Notes under the pieces: model-generated | Database searches by the model: none | What the model was told of the DNA's origin: nothing | Seen by the model: only the letters and a program-made list of their open reading frames with translations | Assembly (NCBI GenBank): GCA_003169735.1 | Contig: PNAP01000042.1 | Coordinates: 23,612 to 87,611 of the forward strand | Length of the DNA stretch: 64,000 nt | Reading direction: 5' to 3' | From: Chloroflexota bacterium | GTDB lineage: Bacteria > Chloroflexota > Limnocylindria > Limnocylindrales > CSP1-4 | Part shown: positions 57,016 through 64,000 of the stretch, piece by piece | Numbering within the stretch: position 1 is the stretch's first letter | How the letters are laid out: each line of letters begins with the position of its first letter | Position numbers and translations under genes: made by a program

Positions 57016-57513
57016 ATGACCGACCGCACTGGCGATGCCCGAGCACCCGCGCCCGAGGTGGTCGCCGATGCCCGGTCTCGGGCCCTCTCGGCGTTCGATG
57101 CGGGATTCTTCGTGGGCATCCTCGTCGGCGAGGGCCATTTCGGAGGCGATGGCCGCCAGCCCCAGGTGACGCTGCGCATGAATACCGACCACGCCGCGCT
57201 GTTCGCTTGGCTGATGGAGCGATTCCCCGAGAGCCGGCTCTACGGGCCGTACGACCACAGCGGTCGCCGCTACTACCAATGGATGGCGCGTTCGGGCTTC
57301 CTGCGGGAGACCGTCGTGCCGATCCTCGATCGGTATCTCCGTCCCGAACACTCGGCCCGGGCGTGGCAGCGCTACGAGCAGATGAAGGAGACCTACGGGC
57401 TCGGCGATCGGGATGACGAGAGTGCGCCGCCCGTTATGGGGGGCAAAAATGCCCTCGGCTATACTGCCGGCGGTGCCAAGCGGGCCTCACATCGCCCGCG
57501 CAGGCCGATCTGA
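57016..57513 (+). CDS. Standalone single-motif LAGLIDADG-like protein
   Basis: GFFVGILVGEGHFG helix followed by a beta strand (QVTLRM) and YYQW, the layout of a LAGLIDADG domain. Confidence 0.55.
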   Translation: MTDRTGDARAPAPEVVADARSRALSAFDAGFFVGILVGEGHFGGDGRQPQVTLRMNTDHAALFAWLMERFPESRLYGPYDHSGRRYYQWMARSGFLRETVVPILDRYLRPEHSARAWQRYEQMKETYGLGDRDDESAPPVMGGKNALGYTAGGAKRASHRPRRPI

Positions 57514-57543
57514 CGGGACAGGAACGCAAGGGGGCACCGCCAC

Positions 57544-58044
57544 ATGAGCCTGCCCATCGCGGCGGTCGGCGCCCTGATCGCGGCCCTCCTGGAAACGAGC
57601 GTCTTCCCTGAACTCAGCATCGGCGGCGTCAAACCGGATCTCATCCTCGTGTTCACCGTCGTCGTGGCTCTCATCGTGGCCTTCGAGGATGCGCTGGCAT
57701 GGGCGTTCGTCGGCGGCCTCCTCGTCGACGCCCTTTCCGGCCGGCCGATCGGCGCGACGACGCTCGCGCTCCTGGTCGTGACCGGGCTCGCGCTGCTGGC
57801 CGGGCGCGTCATCGGCACGCCGCGGCTCATCACCGTCGCTATCGCCGTATTCGTCCTTGCCTGGGTCTACCAGGTGCTGTTGCTGGCCATCCTCGCGGTG
57901 ACCGCCGACGTTTCGTTCACCGACCTACCCATCGAGCGGCTGCTGGCCATCGCCATCGTCGATGTGGTGCTCTCGCTCCTCGTCGTCGTGGCCATTCGTG
58001 CGCTGAGTCGTCGGTTCGGGTCGCCCGAACGGATCGAGTGGTGA
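57544..58044 (+). CDS. mreD: Rod shape-determining protein MreD
   Basis: GVKPDLIL, WAFVGGLLVDALS; upstream of PBP2. Confidence 0.88.
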   Translation: MSLPIAAVGALIAALLETSVFPELSIGGVKPDLILVFTVVVALIVAFEDALAWAFVGGLLVDALSGRPIGATTLALLVVTGLALLAGRVIGTPRLITVAIAVFVLAWVYQVLLLAILAVTADVSFTDLPIERLLAIAIVDVVLSLLVVVAIRALSRRFGSPERIEW

Positions 58045-58048
58045 GCCG

Positions 58049-60043
58049 ATGAGTGACCTCGTCGGCGACGGCACGCCCGTCGTCGGGCGATCCTGGACCC
58101 GCTTCGTCGTCTTCGCCGTGATCATCGGGCTCGTGGTGACGCTGCTCGGCTATCGCCTGTACACGATGCAGATCTCAAACACCGGCCCGAACGTGAGCGT
58201 CGACGCCAACGCCAACGACGTCCTTGAGGCGATCCCGTCGTCCCGGGGCTTGATCTACGACCGCAACGGGCGCCAGTTGGTCGCCAATCTGCCGACGTTC
58301 GAGGTGGTCGTCCGCCCCGGTGACGTGCCGTTCAGCCAACGGGACGCCGTCGTGGCCCAGCTCTCGACGCTCCTGCAGCTCCCCCAGTCCGAGATCGTCG
58401 CCGACCTCGACAGTGGCGCCGGTGACCGATTCAACCCCGTGCGCCTTGCCTCGGATGTGCCGACCGACGTGGCCCAGACCATCGCCGAGGAGCACCTCTC
58501 GCTGCCGGGCGTCGAGGTCAACGCGGTCCCGGTGCGCGACTACCTGGACGGGCCGCTCGTGTCTCAGATCGTCGGCTACGAAGGCGCGGTCACGCAGGCC
58601 GATCTGGACGACCCGGCGTTGGCCGACGAGAACTACCAGCTCAACGACTTGATCGGCAAGACGGGCGTCGAGAACACCTTCGAGAATGTGCTCCGCGGTA
58701 CGTACGGTGTGCAGCAGGTAGAACGCGATGCCCAGGGTCAGGACATCCGGGTCGTCCAGACCATCAAGCAACCCCAGCCCGGCGATTCGCTCGAGCTGAC
58801 CATCGATACCGACATCCAGCAGCAGGCACAGACTGCGATGGACTGGGCGATCCAGGCAGCCGGTCTCAAGCGCGGCGTGGTCATCGTGATGAACCCGCAG
58901 ACCGGCGAGGTGCTGGCGATGGTCTCGCTGCCGACGTATGACGACAACCTGTTCGCCGACGGCATCTCCAACGCCGATTACCAGGCGTTGCTCACCGATC
59001 CCAACCGGCCGCTCCTGAACTTCGCCATCAACGAGCAGTACCCGCCGGGCTCGACCTACAAGCTCGTGACCGGAACGGGCGCCCTCGCGGACGGCGACAT
59101 CACGCCGACCTCGCTGGTCCAGACGAAGACCTTCCTCACGGTCGGAGCCGATCAGACCAAGTTCTATGACTGGAACCACTGGTACAGCTTCAACGGCATC
59201 GGCGGCTTCCACGACTGCAACGCCCAGTCGACCTGCCAGTGGGGTCCCGGCGGCATCGACATCACGCAGGGTTTCGCGAACTCGAGCGACACGTTCTTCT
59301 ACCAGCTCTCACAGATGCTCGGCGCGGATCGGCTCGCCTATTGGGCGAAGCAGTTCGGCTTCGGCGCACCGACGGGCATCGCGCTACCGGCCGAGGCGTC
59401 CGGGATCGTGCCCGACAACGCCTGGAAGGAGAACCTCTTCAACCAGGGCATGTTCCCCGGCGAAGTCCTCCAGGCGGGCATCGGCCAGGGCTACGATTCC
59501 GCCACGCCGCTCCAGGTGCTGAACGCCTACGCGGCGCTCGCCAATGGTGGCAACCTCTACGTGCCCCAGATCGTCCATCGCATCCTCGGGCCGGACGGCA
59601 GCGTCGTGCAGGACTTCCAGCCTCAGCTCATCCGCCAGTTGCCGGTCGATCCGAGCGTCCTCGAGACGATGCGTGTGGCGGCGCGCGCCGTCCTGACGTC
59701 GGGCCACACCTGGAACCTCGTCGACCTGCCGCTGATGTTCGGTGGCAAGACCGGCACGGCCGAGTTCGGCGTCCGCAACGCCGATGGCAGCCTGCCCTTC
59801 CACTCCTGGTTCGTGGCCTTCGTGCCGGACTTCACCGCAGGCCACGAAGGCGACATCACCAAGCCCGATTCGCAGCTCGCGGTGCTGGCCTTCGCCTACG
59901 ACTCGAACACGCAGGGCGACGTGGCGACCGAGGTCGTCAAGTACTTCCTCCAGCTCCACTACGCGCTGATCGATCCGCAGACCGGCCAGCTCGGTGACTG
60001 GCGCCTCCCGCGGCTGCTGAAGTCGAACGGGTTCGCGAACTGA
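58049..60043 (+). CDS. mrdA: Penicillin-binding protein 2
   Basis: RGLIYDRNG, GKTGVE, PGSTYK (SxxK), SSD, KTGT. Confidence 0.94.
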   Translation: MSDLVGDGTPVVGRSWTRFVVFAVIIGLVVTLLGYRLYTMQISNTGPNVSVDANANDVLEAIPSSRGLIYDRNGRQLVANLPTFEVVVRPGDVPFSQRDAVVAQLSTLLQLPQSEIVADLDSGAGDRFNPVRLASDVPTDVAQTIAEEHLSLPGVEVNAVPVRDYLDGPLVSQIVGYEGAVTQADLDDPALADENYQLNDLIGKTGVENTFENVLRGTYGVQQVERDAQGQDIRVVQTIKQPQPGDSLELTIDTDIQQQAQTAMDWAIQAAGLKRGVVIVMNPQTGEVLAMVSLPTYDDNLFADGISNADYQALLTDPNRPLLNFAINEQYPPGSTYKLVTGTGALADGDITPTSLVQTKTFLTVGADQTKFYDWNHWYSFNGIGGFHDCNAQSTCQWGPGGIDITQGFANSSDTFFYQLSQMLGADRLAYWAKQFGFGAPTGIALPAEASGIVPDNAWKENLFNQGMFPGEVLQAGIGQGYDSATPLQVLNAYAALANGGNLYVPQIVHRILGPDGSVVQDFQPQLIRQLPVDPSVLETMRVAARAVLTSGHTWNLVDLPLMFGGKTGTAEFGVRNADGSLPFHSWFVAFVPDFTAGHEGDITKPDSQLAVLAFAYDSNTQGDVATEVVKYFLQLHYALIDPQTGQLGDWRLPRLLKSNGFAN

Positions 60044-60077
60044 TGGCCACCGCGATGGCACTCGGCGGGGCCGGCTG

Positions 60078-61229
60078 ATGGGCACCATGCGGGTCGAATC
60101 GGCCCGTTTCGGCACGCTCACGGCGCGCGTCTCCACCGGTTCGTGGAACCGTTTCGACCTGCAGATGGCGTTCTATGCGCTGGCGCTGGCCGTCGTCGGT
60201 CTGCTGATGGCGTACACCAACAGTGCCGGCGCGCCACTCGAGGCGGGAAGCGTCTTCACGCGCGGCCTGATGTGGCTCGCGATCGCCCTCGTTGTCTTCA
60301 CGGTGGCCACGGCGATCGACTATCGCTGGCTTGCCGACTTCGCCTGGCCGCTCTACGCGCTGAACCTGTTCCTGCTGGCGCTGACGCTGGTCATCGGCAC
60401 CGGCCTGGCCGGGGTCTCGCGCTGGATCAACATCTTCGGCATGCAGTTCCAGTTCTCGGAACTGGCCAAGGTGTTGATGGCCATCGTGCTCGCCAACTAC
60501 CTGGCCGGCCGCCAGGGCCGCCTCAAGAGCCCCGTCACCATCATCGGCGCCGCGCTGCTCGCCGCGCCGCCCCTCGCGCTGGTGTTGATCCAGCCCGACC
60601 TCGGCACTTCGCTCGTCTTCGGCGCCATCGTCTTCGGCACGCTGTTCCTGTCCGGCGCGAGCCTGCGCTGGCTGCTCGCATCGGCCATCGTCGTGGCCTC
60701 TCTGCTGCCGGTCATCTGGTTCTTCGTGCTCAAGGATTACCAGCAGCAGCGGCTCATCTCGTTCCTGAACCCATCGGCTGATCCGCTCGGATCGGGCTAC
60801 CAGATCCTCCAGTCGGAGATCGCCGTCGGATCGGGCGGGCTGCTCGGCAAGGGGCTCACCAACGGGACGCTGACGCAGTCGGACTACCTGCCCGTCTCGT
60901 CGACCGACTTCGTCGGGGCCACGCTCGGGGAGGAGCTCGGGTTCATCGGCTGCGTCGTGGTGCTGCTTCTCTTCGCGGCGCTGCTCTGGCGGGTGTTGCT
61001 GATCGGCTGGCGGGCTCGGGATCCGTTCGGGCTGGCGTTCTCAGGCGCGGTGGCCTCGATGATCGTCTTCCAGCTGCTGGTCAATTTCGGGATGGTGCTC
61101 GGGATGATGCCCATCACCGGCATCCCGTTGCCTTTCATCACCCATGGCGGGGCGTCGCTGATCAGCATCGCCCTCGGTCTTGGCATCCTTCAGAGCATCG
61201 CCATGCGCCAGGGCAAACAGATGTGGTGA
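60078..61229 (+). CDS. rodA: SEDS peptidoglycan polymerase RodA
   Basis: QFSELAK, QPDLGT, GYQILQS, TDF..GEELGF, PITGIPLPFITHGG. Confidence 0.93.
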   Translation: MGTMRVESARFGTLTARVSTGSWNRFDLQMAFYALALAVVGLLMAYTNSAGAPLEAGSVFTRGLMWLAIALVVFTVATAIDYRWLADFAWPLYALNLFLLALTLVIGTGLAGVSRWINIFGMQFQFSELAKVLMAIVLANYLAGRQGRLKSPVTIIGAALLAAPPLALVLIQPDLGTSLVFGAIVFGTLFLSGASLRWLLASAIVVASLLPVIWFFVLKDYQQQRLISFLNPSADPLGSGYQILQSEIAVGSGGLLGKGLTNGTLTQSDYLPVSSTDFVGATLGEELGFIGCVVVLLLFAALLWRVLLIGWRARDPFGLAFSGAVASMIVFQLLVNFGMVLGMMPITGIPLPFITHGGASLISIALGLGILQSIAMRQGKQMW

Positions 61230-61265
61230 CGCGCGTCCTGCTCTGACTGCCCGCCGGCGATGCGC

Positions 61266-62468
61266 TCAGCGTCGAGTCGTGGCGGGCGCCGACCGCAGCA
61301 CCCATCCGGCCGTGCTCGCCTGGACCAGCAGGGTGAACAGGACGATCCCGAAGACGACGCTCTGGAGGAGTTGCCGGTCGGGCTGGGTGGCCGGCAGGGA
61401 GAGGGCCAGCGCCACGGCGATGGCGCCGCGCAGCCCGGCCCAGAAGAGGACGTGCACCCAGGCGAGCGGCAGCCGCAGCCCAAGCTGGGCGCCGCCCCGC
61501 ATACGGCCGATGCCCAGGAACAGTCCATAGACGACGACTGCCCGGCCGAGCAGGACGGCGACCACGGCCCACGCGATGACGCCGGCGGCGTCGACGATCT
61601 CGGACGGCGTGATGGTCAGGCCGATGAGCAGGAATACGACCGCGGTGACCAGGAAGGCCAGGTAGCTCCAGACCGTGTCGATGGCCACGCGGCCGCGACT
61701 CGGGATCGTCGTCCGGCCGAGATTGCCGAGCACGATGCCCGCCACGACCGTGGCGATGATGCCCGATTGCCCGGCCGCCTCGGCCACGAGGTACGTGCCA
61801 TACGCGCAGATGAGCGTCAGCGTGAGCTCCAGGTTGACGTCGTCGAGTCGACCCGCGACCCACGCCGCCGCGGCGCCGAGGGACGCGCCGATGGCGGCAC
61901 TCAACACGAAGATGACGAAGAAGCTCGGCACGCCCTGTGTGAGCAGGTCCCCGCCACCGATGGCGACCGTGAACAGCACGACCCCGGTCCCATCGTTGAA
62001 GAGGCTCTCGGCCTCGATGAGATTCGCCAGCGGGGCCGGTACGAAGACGTGGCGCATGGTGGCGATGACGGCCATCGGATCGGTCGCCGAGACCATCGCG
62101 CCGACGAGGAACGCGGATTCGAACGACAGGCCGGCCATGACGTGGAGCACGACCGCCACCAGCCCGGCGACGATGACCACGCCCGGCAGCGCCAGGAGGG
62201 TCACTGCGGCGATGTTCTCGCGCAGCGCCGCCGCGTCCATCCGGAGCGCGGCCTCGAACACGAGACCGGGCACCAGGATGGCCAGCACGAGTTCCGGCGT
62301 CAGCGTGATATCGAGATGCGGGGCGGCGATGGAGACGAGCAGGCCGAAGACCACGAGCGCGACGGTGTACGGCACCGCGAAACGCCGGCTGACCAGCGCC
62401 ACGATGGCCAGCGCCACGAGCAGCGCCACGAAGACATCGGCCAGGCCAAGGATCGACGCGCTGCTCAT
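61266..62468 (-). CDS. Na+/H+ antiporter (CPA1)
   Basis: SATDPMAV, EAESLFNDG, WAGLRGAI. Confidence 0.92.
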   Translation of the reverse strand: MSSASILGLADVFVALLVALAIVALVSRRFAVPYTVALVVFGLLVSIAAPHLDITLTPELVLAILVPGLVFEAALRMDAAALRENIAAVTLLALPGVVIVAGLVAVVLHVMAGLSFESAFLVGAMVSATDPMAVIATMRHVFVPAPLANLIEAESLFNDGTGVVLFTVAIGGGDLLTQGVPSFFVIFVLSAAIGASLGAAAAWVAGRLDDVNLELTLTLICAYGTYLVAEAAGQSGIIATVVAGIVLGNLGRTTIPSRGRVAIDTVWSYLAFLVTAVVFLLIGLTITPSEIVDAAGVIAWAVVAVLLGRAVVVYGLFLGIGRMRGGAQLGLRLPLAWVHVLFWAGLRGAIAVALALSLPATQPDRQLLQSVVFGIVLFTLLVQASTAGWVLRSAPATTRR

Positions 62469-62507
62469 ACGCAGACTTTATCCGTCGGACAGAGCATCAT
62501 CGAGCCG

Positions 62508-63626
62508 ATGCGCATCGCCGATTTCGCGCTCGAACGCTACTTCGCCCGGTGGGAGTTCAGCGCGCGGTACCTGCTCTGTGCCTCGGACGTCGAGGGCTAC
62601 CCGATGGCCGAGCTGCTGGCGCTGGCCGACGACGAGACGCGGGCGATGTGGACCGATCTTCGGCTCGGCTACACCGAATCGACCGGCCATCCGCAGCTGC
62701 GTGCCGAGATCGCCGCGCTGTACCAGACGGCGTCGCCGGACGACGTGCTCGTCTTCGCGGGCGCCGAAGAGGCCATCTTCTGCCTCGCCAACGTGGCCGT
62801 CGGGCCGGGCGATCACGCCATCGTGGTGTGGCCGGGGTACCAGGCGCTCCACGAGGTCGCGCGCGCCTCGGGGGCCGACGTCTCCCTGCACGAGCTGCAC
62901 GAGTCGGACGGGTGGGCGCTGGACGTGGAGCGGCTGCGCGGCCTGATGCGGCCGACGACGAGACTCATCGTCGTCAACGCGCCACACAACCCGACCGGGA
63001 TGCTGCCGACACACGAGGAGTGGCGTGCCCTGACCGACCTGGCCGCCGAATCCGGCGCTTACCTGTTCTCGGACGAGGTCTATCGCTTCCTCGAGTCCGA
63101 TCCGGCGGATCGCCTGGCCGCTGGCGTCGACGCCCTTGATGGCGGCATCTCGCTCGGGGTCATGTCCAAGTCCTTCGCGATGGCCGGGTTGCGCATCGGT
63201 TGGCTGGTGACGCGCGACCGCGCCCTGATCCAGAGATGCGCGGCGTTCAAGGACTACACGACCATCTGTTCCTCCGCGCCGTCGGAGATCCTGGCCATCA
63301 TCGGCCTGCGCGCTCGCGATACCGTCCTGGCGCGCTCGCGCGCCATCATCGCCGCCAACCTGCCCCGGCTGGACGCGTTCTTCGCTGCCCGTCAGCAGAC
63401 CTTCCGCTGGGTCCGGCCACGTGGCGGATCGATCGCCTTCCCGCGCCTGTTGGGCGCCCGGAGCATCGAGCGCCTGGCGGCCGACCTGGTCGAGGCGGAT
63501 GGCGTCCTGCTCCTGCCCGGCTCGGTCTTCGGCCATGCGGGCAACCACTTCCGCATCGGATTCGGTCGACAGGATCTGCCCGAGGCGCTGGCGCGATTCG
63601 AAGCGTTCCTCGACCGAACGACCTAG
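62508..63626 (+). CDS. PLP-dependent aminotransferase class I/II
   Basis: NAPHNPTG, SDEVY, SKSFAMAGLRIGW. Confidence 0.92.
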   Translation: MRIADFALERYFARWEFSARYLLCASDVEGYPMAELLALADDETRAMWTDLRLGYTESTGHPQLRAEIAALYQTASPDDVLVFAGAEEAIFCLANVAVGPGDHAIVVWPGYQALHEVARASGADVSLHELHESDGWALDVERLRGLMRPTTRLIVVNAPHNPTGMLPTHEEWRALTDLAAESGAYLFSDEVYRFLESDPADRLAAGVDALDGGISLGVMSKSFAMAGLRIGWLVTRDRALIQRCAAFKDYTTICSSAPSEILAIIGLRARDTVLARSRAIIAANLPRLDAFFAARQQTFRWVRPRGGSIAFPRLLGARSIERLAADLVEADGVLLLPGSVFGHAGNHFRIGFGRQDLPEALARFEAFLDRTT

Positions 63627-63629
63627 GGG

Positions 63630-64000
63630 CTACCGGGCGCGACGGGGTCGGCCGAGCAGCTTGGCGATCTCGTCGTGGTAGGTCCTGCCGGCGGGCATCC
63701 GCTCGAGCCACTCGAGGAAGTCGCGGTCCTGTCGCGCGATCTGGCCGAGCGTCCAGCCGCGGTAGCGACCGAAGTCAAGGACGCTCCCCTCGGGTTGGCC
63801 TGGCGGCTCCCCGGCTTCGCCGTAGCCCGTCTCACGAAACGATCCCTCGTCGGCGCGGCGCGCCGGACGGTCGGACGCGCGCCGATCTCGGCGCTGGCTC
63901 AGCTCGGCATCGTAGGCAGCGCGACGTGTCCGTTCTTTCAACACGTCCCACGCCTCGTTCAGTTCGACCATCTTCGTCTGTGCCACGGGGCTCGCGTCGC
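63630..64000 (-). CDS. DnaJ-domain protein, 5' end outside the window
   Basis: MVELNEAWDVLK..RRAAYD (J-domain helix III-IV); C-terminal LDFGRYRGWTL motif. Confidence 0.8.
   Translation of the reverse strand, partial: DASPVAQTKMVELNEAWDVLKERTRRAAYDAELSQRRDRRASDRPARRADEGSFRETGYGEAGEPPGQPEGSVLDFGRYRGWTLGQIARQDRDFLEWLERMPAGRTYHDEIAKLLGRPRRAR

Noticed and set aside
61260-62507. Apparent 788-aa ORF extending the aminotransferase N-terminally
   Set aside because: The extension is antisense to the CPA1 antiporter; the real start is ATG 62508.

Overview
A high-GC (about 70%) bacterial chromosome segment spanning the replication-origin region. Protein style and gene content suggest Chloroflexota, possibly Limnocylindria-like; this is inference, not a database result. 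The left arm has otsA/otsB, a TlpA-like thioredoxin, a sortase-fold protein, corA and an MFS transporter. A ~15 kb inositol-glycolipid/mannosylation locus follows: ArsR, PIP synthase, ino1, two PatA-like acyltransferases, a PHP phosphoesterase, a PimA-like GT4, a 1768-aa double GT-C fusion, another GT-C and a GT2. The centre holds dciA-recF-dnaN-(oriC candidate)-dnaA opposite rpmH-rnpA-yidD-yidC-jag, then VanW, F420-type oxidoreductases and tmRNA. The right arm is a long minus-strand run: parA-parB-gyrB-alkD-like-gyrA-prs-secA-Cys-rich ORF-prfB (+1 frameshift)-GNAT-ftsEX-ctpA-smpB. It ends with a parS-like site, a lone LAGLIDADG-like gene, mreD-mrdA-rodA, a CPA1 antiporter, an aminotransferase and a partial DnaJ-domain gene. 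No CRISPR array, rRNA, tRNA or clear mobile element was seen. Best novelty candidates: (1) the mycobacterial-type PIM pathway, with a candidate for the missing PIP phosphatase; (2) a His-Ser-Lys sortase; (3) a self-contained structured sRNA/sORF unit upstream of smpB; (4) the parS-linked LAGLIDADG protein; (5) an AT-rich synonymous island inside gyrB; (6) a double-CxxxCxxC protein just upstream of prfB.
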